A stretch of 64,000 nt of DNA, from NCBI GenBank assembly GCA_020724865.1, contig DYGA01000001.1, positions 89,438 to 153,437 on the forward strand, read 5' to 3'. The notes below the pieces were generated by a model. The model saw only the letters and a list, made by a program, of their open reading frames with translations. It searched no databases and had not been told where the DNA came from. Every line of letters starts with the position of its first letter. Position 1 is the first letter of the stretch. The DNA is from Candidatus Paceibacter sp. (GTDB lineage Bacteria > Patescibacteriota > Patescibacteriia > S139-126). Positions 18,159 through 27,455 of the stretch are shown piece by piece. A program made the position numbers and the translations under genes.

Positions 18159-18770
18159 CTATCTAATTATTTTATCAACTAAGCCATAACTAATTGCTTC
18201 TTCTGCAGACATATAATAGTCACGATCAGTATCTTTTTCGATTCGCGATAAACTTTGCGAAGTATGCTTTGCCAAAATTTTATTCAAACGATCTTTAATT
18301 TTTAAAATATGCTCAGCCCGAATTTTTATATCAGAAGCCTGTCCTTCAGCGCCACCCATAACTTGATGCAACATCACTTCGCTATTTGGTAAAATAAAAC
18401 GTTTGCCTTTAGCCCCAGCAGCCAGCAAGACTGCTCCCATGGATGCAGCTGTGCCTATACAAATAGTAGATACTGGTGATTTAACATATTGCATTGTATC
18501 ATAAATTGCCATGCCAGCAGTCACCAAACCACCCGGCGTATTAATATACAACTTAATATCATCATCATTGCTTTGTGAGTCAAGAAATAACATTTGAGCA
18601 ATTACAGCATTTGCTACTGTATCATCTATTGGTGTGCCTAAAAAAATTATTCTATCTTTCAACAGCCGAGAATATATATCATAAACCCTTTCACCATACT
18701 GAGTTTTTTCAATTATAGTAGGGATAATAAACATACTATCTTTTATTTTTGATGTTTTTTCATTATTCAT
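18159..18770 (-). CDS. clpP: ATP-dependent Clp protease proteolytic subunit
   Basis: [14 protein letters not shown] active-site Ser region, HQVMGG His region and a length of ~200 aa. Confidence 0.9.
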   Translation of the reverse strand: MNNEKTSKIKDSMFIIPTIIEKTQYGERVYDIYSRLLKDRIIFLGTPIDDTVANAVIAQMLFLDSQSNDDDIKLYINTPGGLVTAGMAIYDTMQYVKSPVSTICIGTAASMGAVLLAAGAKGKRFILPNSEVMLHQVMGGAEGQASDIKIRAEHILKIKDRLNKILAKHTSQSLSRIEKDTDRDYYMSAEEAISYGLVDKIIR

Positions 18771-18798
18771 ATATTTATAATTATCTAATTAAATAAAT

Positions 18799-19773
18799 TT
18801 AGATTACTTCCCAAATCTTACGTTCCTCATTATACCTAATCTGACCACGGATAGTAAACCCAGCTGCTTTTTTATGCCCACCACCACCAAAAAATTTTGC
18901 CAATTTACCGACATCGCAATTATCTTCTGTTGTTCGTAAGGAACCTTTTATCAAGCCGCCGCTTTCTTCTCTCAAAATCATAACAATCTTAGCATCACTT
19001 AAACTATTCATAAAGTTAGCTAACCCTTCTACCGCCTCGCTTTTTACCTCAGAAAAATCACGAAAATCATCTTGCAATAAAACCGTAAAAGCAATTTGAT
19101 ATTTTTCATTTAATTGCAGTCTTTCCAAAGCTCGTCCCCAAAGTTTTAAACTTTTAATTGTCTTATTTTTGGTTAGGGAATGCACAATCGTATTGACACT
19201 TGCTCCGGCTATTAATAAATTCGCCGCTTGTCCTAAAGCACTTTGGTTGGTAGCAGGATTAGTAAAAATACTGGTATCAGTAAAAATGCCATTCAATAAA
19301 CAAGTGGCAATTTTTTTGTTTAGATTAATATTATTCGCTTGAAAAAATTCATGTACCAATGTGGCAGTAGCTGAGGCAGTGGTATCAACAACATTTATAT
19401 CACCAAAATAATCGTTAGTATGATGATGATCAATATTTAGCAAATAAGCATCGGCTCTTTTTTCTTGTTTAATTTTTTCAGCAATGCCAGTTCGGCTAAT
19501 ATCTCCACAATCCAAAATTAACAATAAATCAAAATTACTGAGATTAAAATTATTAGAATCAGTAACTATTTCCTCAACGCCTGGTAAAAAATTGAAAATT
19601 TCAGGAATTGGTTCTGGTGAAAAAGCTAAATATCTTTTATTTAATGACGCCAACCAATGCATCATGGCTAAAGTTGAACCTATGGCATCACCACAACGGG
19701 CATGTCCTTGAACAAAAATATTTTCAGACTTAAGTATAATTTGATATATGTTTTGTAAAACTCTTTTATCCAT
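18799..19773 (-). CDS. nrnA: DHH-DHHA1 phosphoesterase (NrnA-like nanoRNase / pAp phosphatase)
   Basis: DHH motif NIDHHHTNDYFG and the C-terminal DHHA1 GGGGHKKAAG. It lies directly downstream of rbfA, as nrnA does in actinobacteria. Confidence 0.75.
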   Translation of the reverse strand: MDKRVLQNIYQIILKSENIFVQGHARCGDAIGSTLAMMHWLASLNKRYLAFSPEPIPEIFNFLPGVEEIVTDSNNFNLSNFDLLLILDCGDISRTGIAEKIKQEKRADAYLLNIDHHHTNDYFGDINVVDTTASATATLVHEFFQANNINLNKKIATCLLNGIFTDTSIFTNPATNQSALGQAANLLIAGASVNTIVHSLTKNKTIKSLKLWGRALERLQLNEKYQIAFTVLLQDDFRDFSEVKSEAVEGLANFMNSLSDAKIVMILREESGGLIKGSLRTTEDNCDVGKLAKFFGGGGHKKAAGFTIRGQIRYNEERKIWEVI

Positions 19774-19880
19774 AATTATAAATAGCTTTTTATACTATAA
19801 TATCAGTATAAAAAATGCAAGAAAAAAACCAACCAAATAATTTGGTTGATTAAAAGATTACTACTAATTTATATTTATAT

Positions 19881-20213
19881 TTAAATACTATCTAAAATTT
19901 TATTGATCTCATTTTCTTGCTGCATGCCTTTATCAATAAAAAATCTTATTTTGGGAACGAATTTAAGAGTTAATCTTTTATCTAAAAGTTTTTGCAAATG
20001 ATAAATATTTTGTTCTAATAACTGTAAGATTGGTTGTGTTTGTTCATCGGGTAAAACAGTTACAAAAATATCAGCGTGTTCTAAGGAAGAAGAAACTTCG
20101 ACCCGACTAATAGTTAAAAGTGTGCCGATCGGTAATTCTAATTCGGTATGCAAAATTTCTCCTAGCTCTTTTTGCACCAAGCTATTTACTTGTTCTTGGC
20201 GACGAGAAGACAT
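19881..20213 (-). CDS. rbfA: Ribosome-binding factor A
   Basis: RRQEQVNSLVQKELGEIL…ISRVEVSSSLEHADIFV, with infB upstream. Confidence 0.85.
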   Translation of the reverse strand: MSSRRQEQVNSLVQKELGEILHTELELPIGTLLTISRVEVSSSLEHADIFVTVLPDEQTQPILQLLEQNIYHLQKLLDKRLTLKFVPKIRFFIDKGMQQENEINKILDSI

Positions 20214-20216
20214 AGG

Positions 20217-22214
20217 CTAATTTTTGATTTCTTGTAATTTTTGTTTGACTTTTGTTTCTACAAAAAATTCCAATTCATCTTCAGGTTGCAGGGCTATACT
20301 CCCAGAATATTCTAAACCACATTCACTGCCTGACAATACCTTACTCATTTGTTCGGGACCAACCCGTAACTGCTGTACCTGCCCTTCGCCAACTATTTTT
20401 CCATTTCGCCAAACTATCAATTTTGCTCCAGTAACAATTTCTCCGGTCAAAACTTTTACACCAACAATCATCTTTTGTTTTTGTCCACGAAAAATCGCCA
20501 ACACCTTTCCTTTGCCTTTTATTTCTCGGTTATAAATAGGATCAAGTAAATCTTCCAATTTTTCTTCTACATCTTCCAATAATTTATAAATGATTTGATA
20601 TAATTTTATATCAATTTTTTTCTCTTTAGCTACTTCATAAGCTTGCGGAGTGGCACTAACATTAAAACCATAAATATGCGCTTTAGTACTTTCGGCTCGC
20701 ACCACGTCAACTTCAGTAATATTACCTAGACCCTTATAAATAATATTTACCATCACCTGCCTACCATTATATTTTTTTAACGACTGCGTGATGGCCTCCA
20801 AAGAACCAGCAACGTCAGTTTTCAATAAAATATTATATTTTTTTATTTTACTCTTTTTTTCATCTTCAGACTGTTTGCCTTTAAAATCAGAAGGTTGGTA
20901 TTTTTTATAATCTAATTGTCGACGCAATAGTTTCAAATCCACTCCTGCCTCCAATATCTCACCAACTGCTGGTACCCTTTCTAAACCAATTATCCGCGCC
21001 GGGGTGGAAGGGGTAGCTAAATCAATTTTTTTTCCTTGATAATCCTGCATGCTTCTAATTTTACCTAATACATTACCCACTTTGACTCGATCGCCAACAC
21101 GCAAAGTGCCACTATGAATTAGTACGGTAGCTACAGGGCCAGTACCTTTATCTAAGTGTGATTCAATAATAGTGCCAACAGCTAGAGTATCATATTCAGC
21201 TTTAATTTGTTCTTGATTTAAATCGGCTGTAAGCAATACCATTTCCAAAAGTTCATTGATGTTTGTTCCATCTTTGGCTGAAACCGAAACACAAATAACA
21301 TTTCCACCCCAATCTTCGGGAATCAAATTTATTTCAGCTAATTCTTTTTTTACTTTTTCAACATCAGCATCTGGTTTATCAATCTTATTTATGGCAACAA
21401 TCATTGGCAGTCCAGCATCTTGGATCATCTTAATAGCCTCGATTGTCTGCGGCTGAATTCCGCTGTCAGCCGCTACTACCAAAATAGCAATATCAGCCAC
21501 ATTGGCCCCTCGGGAACGCATAGCTGAAAAAGCTTCATGTCCTGGAGTGTCAATAAAAGTAATCATGCGTTCGTTTTTTACCACTTGATAAGCACCAATG
21601 TGTTGAGTGATACCGCCAGCTTCTGATGCTATAACATTAGCTTCTCTAATAGTATCAAGTAATTTAGTCTTACCATGATCAACATGACCCATTACTACCA
21701 CAATTGGAGGTCTGGATAATAATTTGTCTGATTTTTTAGTACGAATCTGCTTTAATTTTTCTTGAATTATTTGCTGTTGCTTTTCATCTAAATTTGACTC
21801 ATCAACCAAAACTGTTTTATATCCTAAACTTTCAGCTACTATTGTCGTAATTTCAAAATCAACTTTTTCTGATAAGGAAGCCATAATGCCATGTTTCATC
21901 AATTCAGTAATCATAGCTGGAGCAGACAAATGTAAACGTTCGGCTAAATCTCTTACCGAAATCGTTTGAGGTACTTTTATTATTCTCTCAGATTTATTTT
22001 CAGCGCTTGGTTCGGTCATTTCATTAACAGCTTGATATTTTTCTTCCAATTGTAGCCTTCTTTTTTCTTCATTCCATTTAGCAATAATTCTTTCCGCCAT
22101 ATCATCAGGTACTTTAATTGCTTTCATACCAATATCAAAGCCGAGCTTAGGTAATTTTTCTTTAAGCTCGCTGGTTGGAACTTTTAATTTTCTGGCTAAC
22201 TCAGTTAGATTCAT
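20217..22214 (-). CDS. infB: Translation initiation factor IF-2
   Basis: GTPase G1 VVVMGHVDHGKTKLLD, DTPGHEAF and NKIDK motifs. Confidence 0.95.
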   Translation of the reverse strand: MNLTELARKLKVPTSELKEKLPKLGFDIGMKAIKVPDDMAERIIAKWNEEKRRLQLEEKYQAVNEMTEPSAENKSERIIKVPQTISVRDLAERLHLSAPAMITELMKHGIMASLSEKVDFEITTIVAESLGYKTVLVDESNLDEKQQQIIQEKLKQIRTKKSDKLLSRPPIVVVMGHVDHGKTKLLDTIREANVIASEAGGITQHIGAYQVVKNERMITFIDTPGHEAFSAMRSRGANVADIAILVVAADSGIQPQTIEAIKMIQDAGLPMIVAINKIDKPDADVEKVKKELAEINLIPEDWGGNVICVSVSAKDGTNINELLEMVLLTADLNQEQIKAEYDTLAVGTIIESHLDKGTGPVATVLIHSGTLRVGDRVKVGNVLGKIRSMQDYQGKKIDLATPSTPARIIGLERVPAVGEILEAGVDLKLLRRQLDYKKYQPSDFKGKQSEDEKKSKIKKYNILLKTDVAGSLEAITQSLKKYNGRQVMVNIIYKGLGNITEVDVVRAESTKAHIYGFNVSATPQAYEVAKEKKIDIKLYQIIYKLLEDVEEKLEDLLDPIYNREIKGKGKVLAIFRGQKQKMIVGVKVLTGEIVTGAKLIVWRNGKIVGEGQVQQLRVGPEQMSKVLSGSECGLEYSGSIALQPEDELEFFVETKVKQKLQEIKN

Positions 22215-22383
22215 AAATTTATAACTGTTTAAATTTACTGAAAAAAGCCTAATTTGTCAATTATTTTAATAAAAATGTTTTATCTATATTAAAAAAATTA
22301 TAATCTTGACACCTTGACCCAAACAGAGTAGTATGTTTTAATTGTTTGTTTAGATATAAACAATTACTTCGAGTTATTTTTTT

Positions 22384-23526
22384 ATGTTAAACGAAAAACA
22401 ACAAATATTAGAACAAATAAATCGGGCTAAAGAGATACTGGTAACCTGCAAAGAACATTATTCGGGCGACAGTTTGGCTTCAGTTTTAGCTTGGCAATAT
22501 ATATTAAAAAAAATGGGGAAAAGCGCTACCGCTGTAATTAGTAATTTTACCATTCCTAATACCTATAAATTCTTACCACAAATCAATGATATCAAATCAG
22601 ATTTGTTGCACTTAAAAAAATTTACGATTGTTGTCAAAACTACTCAGGCTCCTATTGAAGAACTCAGTTACGATAAAACTGATCAAGCGATATTAATTTC
22701 TTTGACCCCAAAATTTGGCATTTATTCTGAAAAAGACGTTTCCTTTCAGTCATCTGATTATAAATACGATTTAATTTTTGTTTTAGATAGTCCTGACTTG
22801 GAATCCATCGGACAAATATACGAAAAACAAACTGATTTTTTTTATCATACTCCAATTATAAATATTGATCATTCACCGGCCAATGAATATTTTGGGCAAA
22901 TTAATGTAGTTGATTTAACTGCCACTGCAACTAGTGAAATTACCTTTTCACTTCTTAACTCGTTGGGGATTGAATTACTAGATGAAACTTTAGCTACTTA
23001 TATATATACTGGGATGACTGAAAAAACAAAAAGTTTCAAAACTAATAACGTTACACCTAACACTCTAAACATCGCCTCTCAACTGATTCAAGCTGGGGCT
23101 GATCGGGAAAAAATAATTACTCATCTTTATCGAACTAAATCAATTCAAATTTTAAAATTATGGGGACGAGCTTTGGCTAAACTCCAACTAGATCCTAAAC
23201 TAAAATTAGCTTGGACCAGCTTAAACAAATTGGACTTTGCAAAAACTGGTACTAAAGAAGAACATTTACAAGGCTTAGTTGAAGAAATTATTACTGAAAC
23301 GCCACAAGCGGAAATTATTTTAATATTTTCTTATCATGATGATCAAACTATTAATCTGCAAATACATACCAATCATAAATATAATGCCATGGGTTTACTA
23401 AAAACATATTCCCCTGAAGGAAATAAAACTTGGGCAAAAGCAAAGATAAAAAGCGACAATTTAGAAAATATGGTTACCACCATAATTACAGAGATAAAAC
23501 AGCATTTAGAAAAAACAATAATCTAA
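22384..23526 (+). CDS. DHH-family phosphoesterase paralog (NrnA-like) whose DHH motif reads DHS
   Basis: NIDHSPANEYFGQINVVDLTATATSEI parallels NIDHHHTNDYFGDINVVDTTASATATL in the paralog at 18799-19773. The second His of DHH is replaced by Ser. Confidence 0.65.
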   Translation: MLNEKQQILEQINRAKEILVTCKEHYSGDSLASVLAWQYILKKMGKSATAVISNFTIPNTYKFLPQINDIKSDLLHLKKFTIVVKTTQAPIEELSYDKTDQAILISLTPKFGIYSEKDVSFQSSDYKYDLIFVLDSPDLESIGQIYEKQTDFFYHTPIINIDHSPANEYFGQINVVDLTATATSEITFSLLNSLGIELLDETLATYIYTGMTEKTKSFKTNNVTPNTLNIASQLIQAGADREKIITHLYRTKSIQILKLWGRALAKLQLDPKLKLAWTSLNKLDFAKTGTKEEHLQGLVEEIITETPQAEIILIFSYHDDQTINLQIHTNHKYNAMGLLKTYSPEGNKTWAKAKIKSDNLENMVTTIITEIKQHLEKTII

Positions 23527-23552
23527 AGTTTAACTATCAACAAACTTTTGCT

Positions 23553-23558
23553 ATAATA
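23553..23558 (+). promoter_or_regulatory. -10 box TATAAT in TTGCTATAAT, ~70 nt upstream of the tRNA-Ile/tRNA-Val pair
   Basis: The same TTGCTATAAT decamer as at uvrD and rluD. Confidence 0.4.
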
Positions 23559-23626
23559 TTTAAGCCCTTTTAAGATATAAATTTATCTAATTTACTTTCC
23601 CCTCAATTTGCTCGGAGAATATTTTT

Positions 23627-23703
23627 GCGCGTATAGCTCAGTTGGTTAGAGCACCACTCTTATAAAGTGGGGGTCGATGGTTCAAGTCCATCTACGCGCA
23701 CCA
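23627..23703 (+). tRNA. tRNA-Ile with anticodon TAT (decodes AUA), CCA encoded
   Basis: gcgcgta-ta-gctc-agttggtta-gagc-a-ccact-ctTATaa-agtgg-gggtc-gatgg-ttcaagt-ccatc-tacgcgc-a-cca. The anticodon stem is 5 bp, which places TAT at positions 34-36. Confidence 0.8.
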
Positions 23704-23745
23704 CTTTATAATCTATCCTTGAGTTTAATTTTAGAACTTAATTCG

Positions 23746-23849
23746 TCTCATCTCTTTTGTGAGTCTGTAGCTCAGTTGGTTAGAGCGCCACGTTGACATC
23801 GTGGAGGTCAGTGGTTCAAATCCACTCAGGCTCACCAGAAGAGATGAGA
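23746..23849 (+). promoter_or_regulatory. Perfect 11-bp inverted repeat (tctcatctctt / aagagatgaga) clamping tRNA-Val(GAC), 4 nt before its 5' end and 1 nt after CCA
   Basis: The exact reverse-complement arms would extend the acceptor stem into a long precursor helix. Confidence 0.5.
23761..23837 (+). tRNA. tRNA-Val (anticodon GAC)
   Basis: gagtctg-ta-gctc-agttggtta-gagc-g-ccacg-ttGACat-cgtgg-aggtc-agtgg-ttcaaat-ccact-caggctc-a-cca. Confidence 0.85.
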
Positions 23850-23948
23850 TAAATTAACATCTCGTTAAAAATAAGATATACATATTTTTTACTCTAATTT
23901 TAAACTGAACGTTTTATTTTCAAAAACTAATTATTAATTAATAATTTT

Positions 23949-24131
23949 ATGAGTTTATTTGAAAAATTGTTCAATAAACCAAAAACAGAAAAAGAACCAG
24001 AAGACGACCAAAGTTTACACGAAAACATAAATGAATTTACTGAGAGATTAGAAAATGATGAGAATGATGAGAGCAAGGATGATTCTGGAAAAGAATCTAC
24101 CGCCGAACAACTAGACCAAGAAAAAAAATAA
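23949..24131 (+). CDS. Small acidic hypothetical protein (60 aa)
   Basis: ORF followed by a clear terminator. No family recognised. Confidence 0.3.
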   Translation: MSLFEKLFNKPKTEKEPEDDQSLHENINEFTERLENDENDESKDDSGKESTAEQLDQEKK

Positions 24132-24140
24132 ATTATTTTT

Positions 24141-24171
24141 CGCCCCAAAGTCAGATTGGGGCGATTTTTTT
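24141..24171 (+). terminator. Rho-independent terminator (cgcccca-aagtcagat-tggggcg + TTTTTTT)
   Basis: Perfect 7-bp GC stem and a U-tract. The rluD -10 box (TATAAT at 24174-24179) follows immediately. Confidence 0.75.
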
Positions 24172-24185
24172 GCTATAATTAAACT

Positions 24186-25088
24186 ATGCAAATCATCTTC
24201 ACAAAAACAGAAAAACAAAGGTTAGACAAATTTTTGACTGAAAAATTTTCCCAGCTTTCTCGATCTTATTGGCAAAAAGAAATTAAAAAAAGAAATATAT
24301 TAGTCAACCAACAAACTGTCACTCCACATCACTTTTTAAAAAATGGAGATACTATAGATATCAATGTTGCTCCAGAAAAAATAACCACTCCAAAAATTTG
24401 GCCACTTAAAATAGTTGCCGAATCTGATAATTTTTTAATTATCAATAAACCGGCTGGACTTACTGTGCACAGAACTCACAACAACAGTACTGAATATACT
24501 TTAGCCGACATGCTCCTAGCCCGCTGGCCCATCTTAAAAAGTGTTGGCGAAAACCATTTGCGTCCAGGTATTGTTCATCGTTTAGACAAAGAAGTTTCTG
24601 GCGTTATGATAATAGCAAAAAACAACACTGCCTTTTGGCATTTAAAAAAACAATTTAAAAACAGACAAATAAAAAAAATCTATCTCGGCCTGGTTTATGG
24701 ACAAATGCCAGATTTATCGGGAAAAATAGATTTTAAAATTACTCGCTCTAGTCGCAGTGGAAAAATGGTTGCCAGACCTAGCAATCAAATTGGTAAAGAC
24801 GCTTTAACTGAATATGAAGTCATTAGAAGTAATCAACATTATTCATATTTAAAAATAACACCTCATACTGGCCGGACTCATCAAATTAGATTACATCTGG
24901 CTGCCTTAGGACATCCTCTAGTTGGAGAATATTTACATATACCAAAAAAATTGAAACGATTTAAAAATATTGATAGGATATTTTTACACGCTTATTCTTT
25001 GGGTTTTTATGATTTAACAAACAACTGGCAAGAGTATAAAGTACCGCTACCGACTAACCTTAAAAAAATTTTAAATTCACTCTTATGA
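24186..25088 (+). CDS. rluD: RluA-family 23S rRNA pseudouridine synthase (RluD-like, with N-terminal S4 domain)
   Basis: HRLDKEVSGVMIIAKN catalytic Asp motif and an S4-like N-terminus. The TATAAT box 6 nt upstream of the ATG suggests a leaderless mRNA. Confidence 0.85.
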   Translation: MQIIFTKTEKQRLDKFLTEKFSQLSRSYWQKEIKKRNILVNQQTVTPHHFLKNGDTIDINVAPEKITTPKIWPLKIVAESDNFLIINKPAGLTVHRTHNNSTEYTLADMLLARWPILKSVGENHLRPGIVHRLDKEVSGVMIIAKNNTAFWHLKKQFKNRQIKKIYLGLVYGQMPDLSGKIDFKITRSSRSGKMVARPSNQIGKDALTEYEVIRSNQHYSYLKITPHTGRTHQIRLHLAALGHPLVGEYLHIPKKLKRFKNIDRIFLHAYSLGFYDLTNNWQEYKVPLPTNLKKILNSLL

Positions 25089-25648
25089 TTATTACTATCA
25101 GTGGCCACCCTGGTTCGGGAAAAACCACTATTGCTAAACGTATTGCTGAGGCATTAGGATATAAACATTTTTACATGGGTAAAATTCGTCGTGAAGCTGC
25201 TAAAAACAGAGGAATGACTTTGGCAGAATATAATGCTTTCGGCGAAAACAATCCAAGTACTGATAGCGAAGTCGATGAGCTGGTAAAAAAGCTAGGGATG
25301 ACACAAGATAATTTCGTAATTGAAAGCCGAACTGCTTGGTACTTAATTCCGCAATCAATAAAAATCTTTATTACCGTTGATCCTATGATTGGCGCCGAAA
25401 GGGTTTTTAAAGAATTGCAAACCACTAATCACCGTAATGAAGATAAAGAATTGAAAAATGTTTATGAAGTTTTGGCCAGTCATAACAAACGTATGGCCAG
25501 CGATAAATTACGTTATCATAAATATTATGGCATTGATTTTGATGATCCAAAAAATTTTGATTTTATAATTGATACATCAAAACTTACTCCCCAAGAAGTT
25601 TTTGATCAAACTATGTCTTTCATCAAACAAAAAATATCAAATCCTTGA
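25085..25648 (+). CDS. cmk: Cytidylate kinase, short archaeal-like type
   Basis: P-loop ISGHPGSGKTT, length ~187 aa, and a 4-nt overlap with rluD. Confidence 0.6.
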   Translation: MIITISGHPGSGKTTIAKRIAEALGYKHFYMGKIRREAAKNRGMTLAEYNAFGENNPSTDSEVDELVKKLGMTQDNFVIESRTAWYLIPQSIKIFITVDPMIGAERVFKELQTTNHRNEDKELKNVYEVLASHNKRMASDKLRYHKYYGIDFDDPKNFDFIIDTSKLTPQEVFDQTMSFIKQKISNP

Positions 25649-25741
25649 CAGAATAGCAGTTTTAGGATAGATTTTATAAAGTCCTAAAATTAATATTTGG
25701 GATTTTTCATTTGCTAATACCTTTTTGTTAATACTAAAATT

Positions 25742-26089
25742 ATGTCTATAACAAACAACAATGCCACGGCTAAACCAATTAAACTTGAACCAGGTTTAAC
25801 TGTTAAAATTTATCAAAAAGTAAAAGAACTAAATACTAAAGGTGAAGAAAAAGAAAGAATTCAAGTATTTGAAGGTCTAATTATTGCGATAAAAAAACCA
25901 AACACCAAAACCGGCACTTTTACAGTAAGAAAAGAATCGTCTGGAATCGGAGTTGAAAAAGTTTTTCCTATTCATTCTCCGCTGATCACAAAAATAGAAG
26001 TAATTAAAAAAGCCAAGGTTAGACGGGCAAAACTTTATTACACCCGAACTAGCAGTAAAAAACTCAAAGATAAAAAAATAAATAAATAA
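25742..26089 (+). CDS. rplS: 50S ribosomal protein L19
   Basis: [15 protein letters not shown]…[41 protein letters not shown] matches the L19 consensus. Confidence 0.9.
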   Translation: MSITNNNATAKPIKLEPGLTVKIYQKVKELNTKGEEKERIQVFEGLIIAIKKPNTKTGTFTVRKESSGIGVEKVFPIHSPLITKIEVIKKAKVRRAKLYYTRTSSKKLKDKKINK

Positions 26090-26123
26090 ATTTATTAAAA
26101 ATTTTTTTTAGATTCAGCCATGT

Positions 26124-26209
26124 GCCCAGATGGTGGAATTGGTATACACACTAGGTTGAGGGCCTAGCCCGGTAACGGGGTGAGGGTTCGAGTCCCTCTC
26201 TGGGCACCA
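26124..26209 (+). tRNA. tRNA-Leu (anticodon GAG), long variable arm
   Basis: gcccaga-tg-gtgg-…-ctagg-ttGAGgg-cctag-cccggtaacggggtg-agggttcgagtccct-ctctgggc-a-cca. Confidence 0.8.
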
Positions 26210-26315
26210 GTTGTATATAGAATTAAGAATTTAAAATTAACTATAAATAGTTTTGGTTGATAAATTTACGAACGACTAATTAACATATTAAAAAGTTTAT
26301 TTAATTTTAAACTTG

Positions 26316-26392
26316 GGGTTTGTAGCTCAGTTGGTTAGAGCGCCTCGTTTACACCGAGGAGGTCAGAGGTTCGACTCCTCTCAAACCCACCA
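26316..26392 (+). tRNA. tRNA-Val (anticodon TAC)
   Basis: gggtttg-ta-gctc-agttggtta-gagc-g-cctcg-ttTACac-cgagg-aggtc-agagg-ttcgact-cctct-caaaccc-a-cca. Confidence 0.85.
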
Positions 26393-26552
26393 GGCATAAT
26401 GAATTCCCTGTAGATACCAAATCAAATCCACCAGACCAAAATTACTATACAACAATAACGGATGAAATATAGATACTATCCATTTTTTTATAAAACCATT
26501 TAATAAAAATAAAAAAATCATTATAATTTAAACAAATAACTAATATAATAAT

Positions 26553-26810
26553 ATGGGCAATATTATCATCGGTCTAATTATGGTTCTTGTTGGTTTTTTA
26601 TTAGTTTGGAAAACAGCATGGTTGGTCAATAATTTTGGTCGTATTGCTTGGTTTGAACAACACCTGCATACCATGGGCGGTTCTTGGCTGGCTTACAAAT
26701 TATTCGGCATTTTGTTTATAATTATTGGATTACTGGTTATGACTAATCTTCACCAACAAGCCGCTTCGGCAATTCTTACACCATTATTTGGTCGCGGTTT
26801 ACAAAAATAA
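26553..26810 (+). CDS. Small membrane protein (2 TM), hypothetical, embedded in the tRNA cluster
   Basis: ORF with two clear hydrophobic helices. Confidence 0.4.
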   Translation: MGNIIIGLIMVLVGFLLVWKTAWLVNNFGRIAWFEQHLHTMGGSWLAYKLFGILFIIIGLLVMTNLHQQAASAILTPLFGRGLQK

Positions 26811-26815
26811 TAAAG

Positions 26816-26891
26816 GGGCCCGTAGCTTAGCTGGTAGAGCGCCTGCTTTGCAAGCAGGAGGTCAGGAGTTCAAATCTCCTCGGGTCCACCA
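26816..26891 (+). tRNA. tRNA-Ala (anticodon TGC) with a G3:U70 pair
   Basis: gggcccg-ta-gctt-agctggta-gagc-g-cctgc-ttTGCaa-gcagg-aggtc-aggag-ttcaaat-ctcct-cgggtcc-a-cca. G3 pairs with U70, the AlaRS identity element. Confidence 0.85.
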
Positions 26892-27107
26892 AAGTTGATT
26901 AGTTACCTAGCTTGACTACTCACCACTATAACAACAAGCGTTAAGTTATAATTTTATTCACAATAATTTTTTTAAAAAAAACCGCCAAAGTTTAATACAT
27001 AAAAAAATATTTTTATATTTTTTATTTAATAAAAAGAATTTAACAATTCTTTTTATTTTTTTATTTGTAAAGTTTTCCACACTTGCTTTTACTTGACTAA
27101 CAAAAAA

Positions 27108-27116
27108 TGGTATAAT
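27108..27116 (+). promoter_or_regulatory. Extended -10 promoter TGGTATAAT upstream of the Lys-rich mini-gene
   Basis: TGnTATAAT consensus. No good -35 is needed for this promoter class. Confidence 0.4.
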
Positions 27117-27239
27117 AAATACGAAATTATTTATTTTAAATAATTTGATTCAAAAAATTTTACAATTATTTTCAATAAATAAATTTTAATATTAATTGAG
27201 GTCTCGTGCGCCTCATAATCCCAGGGAGGAGGTGATAAT

Positions 27240-27338
27240 ATGGCAAAAAAGAAAGTTAAAAAAGCTGCAAAAAAGAAGGTGGCAAAAAAGAAAGCTGCTC
27301 CAAAAAAGAAAAAAGTAGCAAAAAAGAAAAAGAGATAA
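27240..27338 (+). CDS. 32-aa Lys/Ala-rich basic peptide MAKKKVKKAAKKKVAKKKAAPKKKKVAKKKKR (not in ORF track; below length cut-off)
   Basis: Strong SD GGAGGAGGTG 6 nt before the ATG, a stem gaggtctcgtgcgcctc before the SD, and a terminator (cccac…gtggg + TTTTT) at ~27361-27392. Confidence 0.5.
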   Translation: MAKKKVKKAAKKKVAKKKAAPKKKKVAKKKKR

Positions 27339-27455
27339 ACTTTTCACTCTTCACTAAAAACCCCACTACATGACGTGTGGGTTTTTAGTTTATATAATTT
27401 TAAATTATTTTAAAAACTTAAAATTTTTTTATTTTAAATTTTATACTAATATTAG

